Part shown: in pieces, positions 9,602 through 21,037 of the stretch
Position numbering within the stretch: the first letter of the stretch is position 1
Layout of the letters: the number at the start of each line of letters is the position of its first letter
Origin: Bdellovibrionales bacterium
GTDB lineage: Bacteria > Bdellovibrionota > Bdellovibrionia > Bdellovibrionales > UBA1609
Assembly (NCBI GenBank): GCA_965205945.1
Contig: CBDBIB010000003.1
Coordinates: 256,001 to 320,000, forward strand
Length of the DNA: 64,000 bases
Direction of reading: 5' to 3'
Made by a program: the position numbers and the translations under genes
Notes under the pieces: model-generated
What the model saw: only the letters and a program-made list of their open reading frames with translations
The model's database searches: none
Told to the model about the DNA's origin: nothing

Positions 9602-11527
9602 TTAGTTTAGAGCAGAGCTTTTTTCTAAAGCGGTGTAAATTTCTTTATTTCTTAAAACTAATTTAACGTATTGTCGGGTTTCTCTATAGGTTATTTCTTC
9701 TATAAAGAGCATCCAATCACCTTTATAAAAACGACGCTCCCACTCTTCTACTTTATTTATTGAAGCATTATAAGCAGCAATGGCTAAAGGAAGCTTTTCA
9801 TCAAAATTCCTTAAATTTTCTCTTAAAAGCCAAGCCCCTATAAAGATGTTAAAAATAGGATTGTATAGTTTAAAAGGGTTTATTGCTTGAATAGGGGCAG
9901 TATTTGGGTTTTTCCTTGTGTCATTTAAAAAGTTTATAGCTCTTTTGGGAAGAATTTGCATTAAGCCAAAGGCATCGGCCCAACTTCTTGCGTAAGGATT
10001 AAAATTAGATTCTTGTTTTATAATAGACCAAATAAGTTCTTTTTTAATAGAAAATTTTAAACTTGCAAGAAGAATTTCTTTACTAAAGCCTCTTGAGAAA
10101 AAAAACTGTAAATTTCTAGAAATGTTGATTTTACCAGCTTTTAAATCAAGAAATAAATCTGCATACATGCCGTTTAAAGCTTTTAGTTTTTTCCAACTTA
10201 AAGTTTTTTTAAATTTTTTAGTATTTTGAATGTGCTTGATGTAAGCTTGAGCCAGTGAAAGTTCTTTTGATTCCATAATGTGAAGTAAATTTTTCTCATG
10301 GATTGTTGATAAAGATTTTTTAAACTTAAATATGTTTTCAGCTTTAATTTGAACACTCTTTCCTATGGCAAATTTACTCCAAAGGTAAAAACTCATTGGG
10401 TGATGTTTAGTGATTAGATCTAGGTATTTATTTTTTTCTTGCTCGCTGTCACTCCAGCGATACATCCAATAGTAGAGTTTTGGTAGAATCTTTTTTTCAC
10501 TAATGTTAGTAAGATTAAAAGAGGCATGGGAGAGTGCTTGTTTAGAACCTAGAAGTTTACTCTCTAACCAAACAAGATTCCAAACTCTATTTTGATATTC
10601 AGGGTCAGTTAGAGGAGTTGTTTGCACAGCTTTTTTAAGCCAAGTATGAGCTTTTTTAAGTTCACTTAAGTCTTCATAAATACGTCCTTTAACCCAATAA
10701 TGCTCAGAGCACATTCTTACCGGATTGCAATGAAATTTGATTAGGGTAGTAAGCTTATTTAAAGCAAGGTTTGTAGATTGATAAGTCCAAATTCTGCGAA
10801 TGTTTTCTAAAGCCTCCGTGAGGTAGAGTTCTTTATAGTAAGAACTTGATCTGTTCTTACGGTATCGTTTGTAGATAGAATCTATATATTTTTGTGAATA
10901 CATTAAATAATCAACATTTCTGTTAATTTTTTTTTGAGTAGAGACCATAGCTTTTTGAAATTTTAAATTAGAGGGGTGTTTTGTGTTTAGAATTTTTAAT
11001 AAATCTAGAGCACGGTTGTTTTGTCCACGGCGATTTAAATCTTTAACAACAGAGAAATTAGGTGCTTTTAGCCTATTTGGATTATGTGAAGGAAACTTAG
11101 ACCAAAGACTACTAAGCTCTTTTTGAGCTGATAAAGAGAGTTGATTTTTAATGTTAATACTTTTTAATAAGTATTTTTCGATTTCTGAGTTTTCTTTTAT
11201 ATATGGTAAAAGTTGAGAGATTATTTTTAATTCATCTTCATTGGTTAAAGGGGAGAGTATTCTAAGCTTTGCAATTTCAGATAAGAGCCAGTGCTCTAAA
11301 GGGTGCTCTTTAAAGAGGTAAGTTAGGGATTCTAAAGGAAAGCAGGGAAAAGATTGATATGCTGTAATTAATTGATCCATAGTGGTTTTTTCTTTTAAGA
11401 TGTTTTTAGAAAAACTCCCCTTACAGTCTTTAAAAGTAAGGGGCTGTTTTTTTTCATTTTTAATAACTTTTGAAGAAAACCCAGTAAAAATAGATGTTAG
11501 TAAAAGGAGTAAAAATATTTTTCTCAT
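9602..11527 (-). CDS. Soluble lytic murein transglycosylase (Slt-like)
   Basis: Signal peptide; IIKQESNFNP, AFGLMQ, AIAAYNA and ETRQYVK motifs. Confidence 0.9.
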   Translation of the reverse strand: MRKIFLLLLLTSIFTGFSSKVIKNEKKQPLTFKDCKGSFSKNILKEKTTMDQLITAYQSFPCFPLESLTYLFKEHPLEHWLLSEIAKLRILSPLTNEDELKIISQLLPYIKENSEIEKYLLKSINIKNQLSLSAQKELSSLWSKFPSHNPNRLKAPNFSVVKDLNRRGQNNRALDLLKILNTKHPSNLKFQKAMVSTQKKINRNVDYLMYSQKYIDSIYKRYRKNRSSSYYKELYLTEALENIRRIWTYQSTNLALNKLTTLIKFHCNPVRMCSEHYWVKGRIYEDLSELKKAHTWLKKAVQTTPLTDPEYQNRVWNLVWLESKLLGSKQALSHASFNLTNISEKKILPKLYYWMYRWSDSEQEKNKYLDLITKHHPMSFYLWSKFAIGKSVQIKAENIFKFKKSLSTIHEKNLLHIMESKELSLAQAYIKHIQNTKKFKKTLSWKKLKALNGMYADLFLDLKAGKINISRNLQFFFSRGFSKEILLASLKFSIKKELIWSIIKQESNFNPYARSWADAFGLMQILPKRAINFLNDTRKNPNTAPIQAINPFKLYNPIFNIFIGAWLLRENLRNFDEKLPLAIAAYNASINKVEEWERRFYKGDWMLFIEEITYRETRQYVKLVLRNKEIYTALEKSSALN

Positions 11528-11823
11528 ATTTTAATTACATCATTAGTTTTAATGTTGTGGTAGTTATTAAAGAGCAGTTATTAAATCAAAATTTTATGGA
11601 AATTTACAGGTGTTTTAGTTAGAGACATTAAATATTATAAAGCCTTTTGGTGTTTGAATTTAATAATAAAATGCCAGGTTAAAAACCATAATTACAGCAC
11701 TAGACCTTTGTCTTAATTTAGAACATTTTAGTGTCACTAGTTTTAGATCAATAGGGGCTTTTATTGGTAATCTATTAGTAAACCTTTCTACTTAAAATTC
11801 CGATCCATTCTAAAGGAGAATGG

Positions 11824-13587
11824 GTGAGGATAGTTTTAATAGTTTTAATTGTATTGCTTTCAGGCTGTGTAACAAAGCCATTTTCCGTTAAAAGAGAAAT
11901 AAGCTTAATTAAGTTAACTCAGGAGCAAAGAGATCAGATTTTTTTAACAACTCAGCTATATATATTTTCAAATAAGATAGAGGAAGCAGAAGCAGAGCTT
12001 ACATACGCGGTTAAACATTTAACAGGAGAAGAGGGTTTAGAGTTTAAACTTATGCTTGCAAGAGTTGAAACTGGGCTTGGTAAAGTTAAAAGTCCATACA
12101 AAAGATATATGCAGATGGTTAACGAATTTCCTATGAATGAGATGGTTTTTAAGGAAGCTGCACAGTTCTTATACCGTATTGAGTTAAAGGATGAGGCGTA
12201 TAAGCTATATTTAAGGTTAGTTAAGATGAATCCAAAAAAAAGTAATTATTGGATTTATAAGGGCCTGCTTGCTTTAGAGCTTGAAGATACAAAAGAGGCT
12301 TGGGATAGTTTTGATTTTTTAATTCATAAGTCTTTAGATGCAAAACACCTTGGGCATTTGTATATGGGAAGGCTTATACAGATGGTAGGGCTTCAAGGTG
12401 AAGCAATATTTGAATTTAAAAAATGTTTAAAGATTAAACCTGAAACTAAAGACTGTGCTTTAGAGCTTGCAAGAGAAATATATGGTTTTGGAAGAAAAAA
12501 AAGAGCGATTAAGGTCATAGAAAAATATTTAGATAAGTATAAATTTCAAGGAAATCAGAAGTTAGTGGAGCAGTTGGTTGATTGGCATATTAAAGAAGGG
12601 GATTTAAAATCTGCAATTGCAGATTTTCAAAATCTAGAAAGAGTTAACCCTGCGGATATTAGAATAAAAAGAAAAGTAGCTATGCTTATGGTAAAAGATA
12701 AAAATTATGCAGAGGCACTTAAGAGAATGAAACTAATTGTAAGTTATGAGCAATCTGATGAAGAAGATGGTTTAAATTATATAGATACGCTTAGACTGCA
12801 AGGGGATCAGATTGGGGCTGATAGGTATATGCTATCAATTCTTGATTCAAATAAAATAGGTGAAAAAACATTTTTTAAAAAATATGAAATGGATGAGGAA
12901 AAGATAGGGTTTAAGAAAGCATCTAAAGAATTAATGAAAGGGTGTAAGAAAAGCGTAAATAAGACAGATTGTTTTTATATTTACGCTTATATTTTATGGA
13001 GTAATGGAGATAAGAAGAAAGCAGTGAAAAGTTTAAAATCTATTCTTAAAAAGAATAAAAGCAATTCACATAAATTAGAATATTTATTAGGTAAGATATA
13101 TTATGAACAGGATAAGGAAAAAAAAGCACTTAAGCTTATGGATAAAATAATATTTGAAGATGAAAATTATGCGCAAGCATTAAATTTTAAAGCATACTAT
13201 TGGGCAAAGAAAAATTTGAATATGAATCAAGCAGAAGAACTTTCATTAAAAGCTCTTTTTAAAGATTCAAGAAATGGTCACTACTTAGATACATATGGGT
13301 ATATACTTGCTAAGAAAGGTAGGTTTAAAGAGGCGATAATAGTTTTAAAAGAAGCTGCAAAGTTAAACCCAGAGGAACCAGAAATTTTAGAACATCTTGC
13401 AGATGTTTATGTGCAGGTTAAGAATATTAAGGAGGCAATTAGATTTTATGTACTTGCTATTAAGTTATATAAGGGAGAGAATAAAGTACGTATCGGAGGT
13501 AAAATTGTTGAAATTCGATCAAAGAATAAAATCCTTAAAAGGGAAATTGGTTCTACTCCTATTGGTAGTAAGCCTTCTTTTAAGTAG
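11824..13587 (+). CDS. TPR-repeat lipoprotein
   Basis: LSGC lipobox; TPR repeats including ALNFKAY, YLDTYGY and PEILEHLAD. Confidence 0.85.
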   Translation: MRIVLIVLIVLLSGCVTKPFSVKREISLIKLTQEQRDQIFLTTQLYIFSNKIEEAEAELTYAVKHLTGEEGLEFKLMLARVETGLGKVKSPYKRYMQMVNEFPMNEMVFKEAAQFLYRIELKDEAYKLYLRLVKMNPKKSNYWIYKGLLALELEDTKEAWDSFDFLIHKSLDAKHLGHLYMGRLIQMVGLQGEAIFEFKKCLKIKPETKDCALELAREIYGFGRKKRAIKVIEKYLDKYKFQGNQKLVEQLVDWHIKEGDLKSAIADFQNLERVNPADIRIKRKVAMLMVKDKNYAEALKRMKLIVSYEQSDEEDGLNYIDTLRLQGDQIGADRYMLSILDSNKIGEKTFFKKYEMDEEKIGFKKASKELMKGCKKSVNKTDCFYIYAYILWSNGDKKKAVKSLKSILKKNKSNSHKLEYLLGKIYYEQDKEKKALKLMDKIIFEDENYAQALNFKAYYWAKKNLNMNQAEELSLKALFKDSRNGHYLDTYGYILAKKGRFKEAIIVLKEAAKLNPEEPEILEHLADVYVQVKNIKEAIRFYVLAIKLYKGENKVRIGGKIVEIRSKNKILKREIGSTPIGSKPSFK

Positions 13588-14146
13588 TGGGTGTCAACAG
13601 TTGTTAAAAAGGTTCCAAGGAAATAATGAGGGTCAGATGGCTTTACATAGCTGGGTGTTGAGTACTAATTATCAAGATAAAAAAAAAGATAAAAAATATC
13701 CAGGAAAAACTAAGGTTTATATTCTTGGCAAAGATAAATTTAGAATGGATGTTTTTGATCCATTTGGATTTTTAAGAGTAGGAACACTTATTATTAATAA
13801 AGATCGCATGTCTTTGGATTTAATTTATGGAGAAGATTATAAAGGCCCTATTAATAGTGATCGAGTAAAAACTTTGCTTAAAGTAGATATTAATCCTAAA
13901 GATTTATTTTCTTTATTCACTCAATCTGGCTTTAAAGATAAGCACTGGAGTTGTGCTGTTAATGAAACAGGATCAGCATTTAAGGAGTGTATTAGTGATT
14001 TACATAAAATTAGTGTTTTTTGGTTTGGGTTAATGACTCAAAATGGAACAAAGGTTTTACTTAAACATGCTAAGGCTAAAATGACTTTTAAAGTAAAATC
14101 GTATAAAGCTTACTATGACTATGATGAGAATCTTTTTAAGCTTTAA
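13508..14146 (+). CDS. Putative outer-membrane lipoprotein (LolB/DUF4292-like); start uncertain
   Basis: Hydrophobic signal ending SSGC; FRMDVFDPFG motif; follows the TPR gene as lolB usually does. Confidence 0.5.
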   Translation: MKFDQRIKSLKGKLVLLLLVVSLLLSSGCQQLLKRFQGNNEGQMALHSWVLSTNYQDKKKDKKYPGKTKVYILGKDKFRMDVFDPFGFLRVGTLIINKDRMSLDLIYGEDYKGPINSDRVKTLLKVDINPKDLFSLFTQSGFKDKHWSCAVNETGSAFKECISDLHKISVFWFGLMTQNGTKVLLKHAKAKMTFKVKSYKAYYDYDENLFKL

Positions 14147-14241
14147 TAAAAAGTTTTTTAGTATAATAAAATATTAGGCCTTAAGCTTATTTGTTATTTA
14201 TTTAAAAGCCTTGAATAATAGATTTAGGAGACTATTAAAAT

Positions 14242-16323
14242 ATGGATGATAAAAAATTAGATCTTAGATCAATAATCTCAAAGGTAGGTGGTAGTGATAA
14301 AGATCAAGATCTTATTTGGGTTGGAACTATGGCTGACTACTTAAATAAAGTTAAGAGTGATTTAAAAATTACAAGGAACGCTTATCAACGACTCTTTGAT
14401 CTTATTATAGAGCATGGAGTTAAGAATTATATTGATGCTAAAAAACAAGTTGTACATTATAATTTTTTTGATGATGAGGTTAATGGCGGTCAAGATGCGG
14501 TATTTGGTTTAGATATTCCATTAATGAAATTAATGAATGTTTTAAAAGCTGCTGCTCTTGGTTATGGGACAGAAAAAAGAGTTATTTTACTACACGGTCC
14601 TGTTGGAAGCGCAAAATCTACAATATGTAGGCGTATAAAAAAGGGTGTGGAGGCTTATTCTAAAACTCCTCAAGGACAATTATATACATTTGAATGGATT
14701 GACTTAAATGGTGAAAATGAGGAAATTTTCGGTAAGGACGTTAGGGTTTTCTTAAGTCCTATGAATGAAGAACCACTGTTATTATTTCCTAAAGTCTATA
14801 GAGAGGAAATTCAAACCCAACTTAATAAGGGGGCTCAAGGAGAATTTAGAGTAAATGTAAAAGGCGATGTTTGCCCTGCCTCAAGATTTATTTTTAAAAA
14901 GCTTAGTGAAAAATATGATGGGAATATTGAAAAAATACTAGAACACGTAAGAATTAAAAGAATGATTTTAAGTGAAGCAGATAGAATTGGAATTGGAACA
15001 TTTCAGCCTAAAGATGAAAAAAATCAAGACAGCACAGAGCTTACTGGAGACATCAATTATAAAAAGATTGCCCATTATGGTTCAGACTCTGATCCAAGGG
15101 CTTTTAATTTTGATGGTGAATTTAATATTGCAAACCGTGGAATTATTGAATTTGTAGAAGTTTTAAAGTTAGACGTAGCATTTTTATATGATCTTTTAGG
15201 TGCATCTGAAGAACATGTAATCAAACCAAAAAAGTTTGCACAAACACATATTGATGAAGTAATTATTGGTCATACAAATGAGCCAGAGTATAAAAGACTC
15301 CAGGATGATGAGTTTATGGAGGCGTTACGGGATAGAACGGTAAAAATTGACATTCCGTATATTACTAAACTTAAGAATGAAGTTTTAATTTATAAAAAAG
15401 ACTTTAACAGTCAGGTTTTAAGAGAAGTAAGTATTGCACCACATACTATTGAAGTTGCCTCTATGTGGGCTGTAATGACAAGGCTTGAAAAACCTAAGAA
15501 AGCTAATTTAAATAGGCTTCAAAAAATGAAACTTTATAATGGGAAAAATTTGCCTAATTATACAGAAGATAATATTAAAGAGCTTCGAAAAGAAACTGTT
15601 AGAGAAGGGTTGCAAGGAATTAGCCCAAGGTATGTTCAAGAAAAAATTTCAAATGCTATTATTTTTGCTCAACAGTCAAATAAAGGTTCAGTAAACCCAT
15701 TTATGGTTATAAATGAGCTTGAATCGGGTCTTAAAAATCATTCTCTGATTTCTAATGAAGAGGTTAAAGCTGATTATAAAGAGCTATTAAGTATTGTAAA
15801 GCAAGAATATGAGGAGATTATTAAAGCAGAAGTGCAAAGAGCAATAAGTGCTGATGAAAGGGCTTTAGCAAGCCTTTGTGGCAACTATATTGATAATATA
15901 AAAGCCTATACTCAAAAACAAAGAATACAGAATCCATTTACAGGTGAGTCTAAGGATGCAGATGAGCGTTTGATGAGATCTATTGAAGAAAAAATTGATA
16001 TTCCAGAGTCTAGAAAACAAGATTTTAGAAGAGAAATTATGAACTATATTAGTGCTATTTCTTTAAAGGGGCGAGAGTTTGATTATAAGGTTAATGATCG
16101 TTTACATAAGGCTTTAGAGCTTAAGCTTTTTGAGGATCAAAAAGACAGTATAAAACTAACCTCTTTGGTGATGTCTGCTACTGATTCTGATACAGAAGAA
16201 AAAATCAATGTTCTTAAAACAAGATTGATTAAAGATTTTGGCTATGATGAAGTGTCGGCAAAAGATGTTTTACATCATGTGGCAAGTATATTTGCAAGAG
16301 GTGATGTAAAGGATAGGCCTTAG
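14242..16323 (+). CDS. yeaG: PrkA/YeaG family serine protein kinase (AAA+)
   Basis: [33 protein letters not shown] and EALRDRT motifs. Confidence 0.95.
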   Translation: MDDKKLDLRSIISKVGGSDKDQDLIWVGTMADYLNKVKSDLKITRNAYQRLFDLIIEHGVKNYIDAKKQVVHYNFFDDEVNGGQDAVFGLDIPLMKLMNVLKAAALGYGTEKRVILLHGPVGSAKSTICRRIKKGVEAYSKTPQGQLYTFEWIDLNGENEEIFGKDVRVFLSPMNEEPLLLFPKVYREEIQTQLNKGAQGEFRVNVKGDVCPASRFIFKKLSEKYDGNIEKILEHVRIKRMILSEADRIGIGTFQPKDEKNQDSTELTGDINYKKIAHYGSDSDPRAFNFDGEFNIANRGIIEFVEVLKLDVAFLYDLLGASEEHVIKPKKFAQTHIDEVIIGHTNEPEYKRLQDDEFMEALRDRTVKIDIPYITKLKNEVLIYKKDFNSQVLREVSIAPHTIEVASMWAVMTRLEKPKKANLNRLQKMKLYNGKNLPNYTEDNIKELRKETVREGLQGISPRYVQEKISNAIIFAQQSNKGSVNPFMVINELESGLKNHSLISNEEVKADYKELLSIVKQEYEEIIKAEVQRAISADERALASLCGNYIDNIKAYTQKQRIQNPFTGESKDADERLMRSIEEKIDIPESRKQDFRREIMNYISAISLKGREFDYKVNDRLHKALELKLFEDQKDSIKLTSLVMSATDSDTEEKINVLKTRLIKDFGYDEVSAKDVLHHVASIFARGDVKDRP

Positions 16324-17420
16324 TGGGAATACAAGAAGATCATAAAAGATTTAATGAAATCATAAGAGGTCATATTAAGAAAGAGTTTAAAAAGTACATC
16401 GTCCATGAAGAGATGATGGGAAAATCTGAAAATAATTTTATTAAAATTCCTATTTCAAAAATAAAAATTCCTAAATTCATATATGGCTCTAAAGAAACAG
16501 GAGGAGTGAGCCAGGGAGTGAGCCAAGGAGAGGGACAAGGGGATGAAGAGGTTTTATGCCAGGGTCAGGAAGCCGGAAATGCGCCTGGAGAGCATAAAAT
16601 TGAAGTTGAATTAGAGATTCAAGAGCTTGCAGATCTTTTAGGTGAGCAGCTTGAGTTGCCAAGAATTAAACCTAAGGGTGTTAGGAAAATTGAATCATTT
16701 CAAAAAAAATACACAAATATTTCCGATCAAGGGCCTAAAGGTCTTCATCATTTTAAAAAAACATATAAAGAAGCGTTAAAAAGATCTATTTTAACAGGAA
16801 CATATGATTCTAAAGACCCTATAATTATACCAATTAAGGCTGATTTTAAATATAAATCACCTAAAAAAGTTTTAAAGCCAGCAACTAACGCTGTAGTTAT
16901 TTATATGATGGATGTTTCTGGTTCTATGGGGGCAGAGCAGAAAAAAATAGTAAGAATGCAAAGTTTTTGGATAAATGTGTGGCTTAAGCATAATTATAAA
17001 GGACTTAAAACCAGATTTATTATTCATGATGCTGCAGCAAAAGAAGTTAATGAAGAGACTTTTTTTAAAACAAGTGAGTCCGGTGGAACTTTGATTTCAT
17101 CAGCATATAAAAAAGCTGTTCAAATTATTAATAAAGATTATGTTGGGGAAAACTGGAATATCTATTTGTTTCATTTTAGTGATGGAGACAATTGGAGTAA
17201 TGATGATACGATTCTTTGTAAAGAAATTATTAAGAAAGATTTTACAAGAAAAGTGAATCTTTTTGGCTATGGACAAGTTGAAAGTAAGTATGGAAGTGGT
17301 CAGTTTATTAAAGATATAGAGCAAGATTTTAAAGATAATGAGATCGTGGTGTGTAGCCCAATTAAAGATAAGACTGAAATTATGAAATCGATTAAAGATT
17401 TTTTAGGAAAAGGGCAATAG
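16323..17420 (+). CDS. yeaH: YeaH/YhbH (DUF444) vWA protein
   Basis: MMDVSGSM, ESGGTLISSAY and HFSDGDNW motifs. Confidence 0.93.
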   Translation: MGIQEDHKRFNEIIRGHIKKEFKKYIVHEEMMGKSENNFIKIPISKIKIPKFIYGSKETGGVSQGVSQGEGQGDEEVLCQGQEAGNAPGEHKIEVELEIQELADLLGEQLELPRIKPKGVRKIESFQKKYTNISDQGPKGLHHFKKTYKEALKRSILTGTYDSKDPIIIPIKADFKYKSPKKVLKPATNAVVIYMMDVSGSMGAEQKKIVRMQSFWINVWLKHNYKGLKTRFIIHDAAAKEVNEETFFKTSESGGTLISSAYKKAVQIINKDYVGENWNIYLFHFSDGDNWSNDDTILCKEIIKKDFTRKVNLFGYGQVESKYGSGQFIKDIEQDFKDNEIVVCSPIKDKTEIMKSIKDFLGKGQ

Positions 17421-18895
17421 TGAACAGTTTGTCTAAACCGCTTCAAAAGGAGCAAGCACGTATTAAAAAGTTAGCTAAAAGTTTAGGGCTTGATTTTTTT
17501 GAAACAGTTTTTGAAATGATTGATTATAAGGAGATGAATCAAATTGCTGCATATGGAGGGTTTCCTGTTCGCTACCCTCATTGGAAATTTGGAATGGAAT
17601 ATGACTCGCTCTCAAAAAATTATGAGTATGGACTTTCTAAAATATATGAACTAGTTATTAATAACAATCCTTGTTATGCCTATCTTTTAGAAGGAAACTC
17701 TTTTTTAGATCAAAAATTAGTGATGGCTCATGTTTATGGGCATTGTGATTTTTTCAAGAATAACAAATGGTTTTTAAAAACAAATAGAAAAATGATGGAT
17801 CAAATGGCTAATCATGCTACAAGAATTCGTCGCTATATTGATAAGTATGGCCTTAATGAAGTTGAAAAATTCATAGATATTTGTTTATCGTTGGATAATT
17901 TAATTGATTGTCATGGTCCATACAATGAGAAAAAAACAGATTTGATTAGAAATGAAAATGAATTGATTCAAAATGTAGATTTTGAAAAAAAAGAATATTT
18001 AAAAAATTATGCAAAAAGTGTAAAGAAAGAGAATGAAGGTTTACTAACGTCGCAGCTAAGTTTTTTAAACAACAAACCTTATCAGGCTGAAAAAGATATT
18101 TTAAAATTTTTGATTTCTAATGCACCATTAAAAGCTTGGGAACAAGATGTTTTAAGTATTCTAAGAGACGAGAGTTATTATTTTGCACCACAGGCAATGA
18201 CTAAAATTATGAATGAAGGATGGGCTTCATATTGGCACGTAAAAATGATGACAGATTATATTTGTACAGACAGTGAGATTGTTTGCTTTTGTGATACACA
18301 CAGTGGAACTATGGCAGTAAATCCTAAGGGACTAAACCCTTATAAAATAGGAATTGAATTATTTAAGGATATAGAGAAGAGATGGGATAAAGGTCAATTT
18401 GGATCAGATTGGTTAGAGTGTGATGATCTTTTGGAGAAAGTAAATTGGGATAAGAACTTAGGCTTGGGTAAAGAAAAAATTTTTGAAGTTCGAAGAGATT
18501 TTAATGATGTGATGTTTATTGATCATTTTTTAACAAAAGAGTTTTGTGTAAAGAATAAGTTTTTTGTTTATAAATATAATGAACAAACAAAAACCTTTAA
18601 GGTAGACACTAAAGATTTTAAAGCTATTAAAGCTAAGTTCTTATTTCAACTTACAAATTTAGGGCAACCTATTATACAAGCTGTGGAGTCTAATTTTGAA
18701 AACAAAGGGGGATTGCTTTTAACTCATATGTTTGAAGAGGTTGAGCTTGAACCAAATTATATGAATGAAACGCTACAAAGAGTACAGGCTCTTTGGAGAA
18801 AACCAATTTATTTAGCAACAGTTTTAGATAAATCGCCCTCACTGGTTTCCTATGATGGAGTAGAATTTAATGTTAAAAAGTTAGAGAGCATGTAA
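17420..18895 (+). CDS. spoVR: SpoVR/YcgB family protein
   Basis: PVRYPHWKFG, KIYELVIN, AHVYGHCDFFKNN and TKIMNEGWASYWH motifs. Confidence 0.95.
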   Translation: MNSLSKPLQKEQARIKKLAKSLGLDFFETVFEMIDYKEMNQIAAYGGFPVRYPHWKFGMEYDSLSKNYEYGLSKIYELVINNNPCYAYLLEGNSFLDQKLVMAHVYGHCDFFKNNKWFLKTNRKMMDQMANHATRIRRYIDKYGLNEVEKFIDICLSLDNLIDCHGPYNEKKTDLIRNENELIQNVDFEKKEYLKNYAKSVKKENEGLLTSQLSFLNNKPYQAEKDILKFLISNAPLKAWEQDVLSILRDESYYFAPQAMTKIMNEGWASYWHVKMMTDYICTDSEIVCFCDTHSGTMAVNPKGLNPYKIGIELFKDIEKRWDKGQFGSDWLECDDLLEKVNWDKNLGLGKEKIFEVRRDFNDVMFIDHFLTKEFCVKNKFFVYKYNEQTKTFKVDTKDFKAIKAKFLFQLTNLGQPIIQAVESNFENKGGLLLTHMFEEVELEPNYMNETLQRVQALWRKPIYLATVLDKSPSLVSYDGVEFNVKKLESM

Positions 18896-18901
18896 AAAAA
18901 A

Positions 18902-19445
18902 CATGCTTATCCGGTTGTTGCACATATAGGATTAGGTTTAGCCAATGAACATGCAGTGAGCGCGCCATCAAATAACTTTAAGACATCATGACGGCGGTTA
19001 AATTCATAGGTATATTCTGCTAAGTAAAGGTCTAAATATTTACTTCTAACACCATGGTGAGTCCCTAATATCCAAGATTTTGCATTTGATATAAATTTAT
19101 GAACCCATGGTTGCTAGCTGTCTAATATTTTTTGATTCCCATGGGTATAAAATACTACCAGCCCTTAAACGTTGTTCTTTGTTATAGCCTTTACACCGCC
19201 TCACCTCTGGTCGGGTTTTAAATCTATAATATTTTGTATGAGAGCACTCTGTGCATGTAAAACCATGCTTGCTAAAACGGTGGCGCCAAACAAGCTCTCA
19301 GGCTTTGGACTCACAATCAACATTTTTAAAAAAATGAACTAATCCGTACTGTTTATATCCCATAACATCTCTCCTTGATGCTAAATTGTAAACTTTGTTT
19401 AGTATTACATTGTAATTTTTATTGTGCAACAACCAGATAAGCATG
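18902..19445 (-). mobile_element. Internally deleted IS1595-family element (second type)
   Basis: IRs catgcttatccggttgttgcaca / tgtgcaacaaccagataagcatg, flanked by A8 on both sides. Minus strand encodes a broken Zn ribbon and PWVHKFISNAKSWILGTHHGVRSKYLDLYLAEYTYEFNRR. Confidence 0.88.
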
Positions 19446-19508
19446 AAAAAAAATATACGTTGCTTCTTACTGTTAGGAGAATATAAAATTTTTTCTTAAA
19501 AAAATAAT

Positions 19509-20234
19509 TTATTTCTTCTCAAGGATATAAATATAACTAGCGCCAAACATAAGGCTTTTATAAGAAGCTTTTTTTATCTTTTTAAGATCTTTTGTAAGTT
19601 GTAAGAATTTTTTTTTTGAAGGAAAAGCTTGAGAAGAATGGCTTAAATAAGAGTAAGCATGTTTTTTTTTACTAATTAATCCACCTAATATAGGGATCAC
19701 GTATTTAGTATAAATAGTTATGGGAAGGTTAATTAGACCCGTTCCCTGTCCTGTTTCTAAGATTAAAAGTTTCCCGCCAGGTTTTACCGTCCTCCACATC
19801 TCAGTAATTCCATCAACAGTGTTAGCAACATTTCTAATTCCATATGCAATGGTTACAGTGTTAAAAGTTTCATCATCAAATTTTAAATTTAAGATATCAC
19901 CTAATTTAAATTCTAGATTAAGGTTTTTGTGCTGAGATTTTTTAAATGCAAGATCTAACATTTCTTTACAAAAATCAACTCCAGTAACTTTAGCTTTTGG
20001 TCCAAGCGTTTGTTTAAACTCAATGGCTAAATCTCCAGTGCCCGTAGCACAGTCTAAAACCTTACTATCCTTAGGTGTGTTTGAGAGTTTTACAACCTTC
20101 TTACGCCAAAGGTGTACAAGTCCAAAAGTCATAGTATTGTTAACTGTGTCATAAGAGTTTGCAATATCTGAGAAGATATTGTGTATTTTTTTAGGGTCAG
20201 GTTTTGTTAAAGTAGTGGTATTAGGTTCGTTCAT
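19509..20234 (-). CDS. ubiE: Demethylmenaquinone methyltransferase UbiE/MenG
   Basis: YDTVNNTMTFG, VLDCATGTGDLA, AYGIRNV and KPGGKLLILE motifs. Confidence 0.93.
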   Translation of the reverse strand: MNEPNTTTLTKPDPKKIHNIFSDIANSYDTVNNTMTFGLVHLWRKKVVKLSNTPKDSKVLDCATGTGDLAIEFKQTLGPKAKVTGVDFCKEMLDLAFKKSQHKNLNLEFKLGDILNLKFDDETFNTVTIAYGIRNVANTVDGITEMWRTVKPGGKLLILETGQGTGLINLPITIYTKYVIPILGGLISKKKHAYSYLSHSSQAFPSKKKFLQLTKDLKKIKKASYKSLMFGASYIYILEKK

Positions 20235-21003
20235 AAAGACTTCTCCCAAGAGTTTTAAGGATTAAATTAGCTTTATTTAAAAGTTGTTTAAGGCTATTAA
20301 TTTTTAAAGCCTGCTGGCCATCAGAAAGAGCATGAGCAGGATCGTTATGGACTTCTATGATAAGGCCATCTGCCCCTGCAGCTATAGCAGCCAAAGCCAC
20401 AGGCTCTACAAGTTTAGCAAGCCCAGTTCCGTGACTAGGGTCAGCTAAAACAGGAAGGTCTGTTCTGCTTTTTAAAAAAGGAATGGCATTAATATCAAAA
20501 GTGTTTCGTGTATCAGTTACAAAAGTTCTAATACCACGTTCACACAGTAAGACATTTTTATTTCCTGCAGCTAAGATATATTCGGCAGCATTTAAAAGTT
20601 CTCCATAAGTTGCAGAAAAAGCTCTTTTTAGTAAAATAGGTTTTGAAGTTTTTCCAAGCTCTTTTAAAAGGCTATAGTTGTACATATTTCTTGTACCTAC
20701 TTGAAATATAGAAGTGATTTTATCTAGCTCTTCAATTTGTCTAGGGTCAGTGACTTCACAAATAAAGGGCAGGGCTGTTTTATCAGAAACCTCTTTTACA
20801 ATAGTGTAGGCTTTTTTGCCAAGACCTTGGAAAGAGTTTGGGCTTGTACGTAATTTATGTAGGCCCCCACGTAAGAAAGCAACCCTCATTTTTTTTAGCT
20901 CTTTAGCTAAGCCAAGGATTTGTTCTTTGGACTCAATTGAGCAAGGTCCTGCGATAATAGGGACGCTATTTCCGCCAAAAGGGACTCCAAGAATGTTAAC
21001 CAT
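20221..21003 (-). CDS. aroF: 3-deoxy-7-phosphoheptulonate (DAHP) synthase, type I-beta
   Basis: IAGPCSIES, RTSPNSFQGLG, LCERGIRTF, DPSHGTG and ALSDGQQ motifs. Confidence 0.92.
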   Translation of the reverse strand: MVNILGVPFGGNSVPIIAGPCSIESKEQILGLAKELKKMRVAFLRGGLHKLRTSPNSFQGLGKKAYTIVKEVSDKTALPFICEVTDPRQIEELDKITSIFQVGTRNMYNYSLLKELGKTSKPILLKRAFSATYGELLNAAEYILAAGNKNVLLCERGIRTFVTDTRNTFDINAIPFLKSRTDLPVLADPSHGTGLAKLVEPVALAAIAAGADGLIIEVHNDPAHALSDGQQALKINSLKQLLNKANLILKTLGRSLYERT

Positions 21004-21037
21004 CGATTAGGCTCCTTTATTGTGTTATGTTCCTACC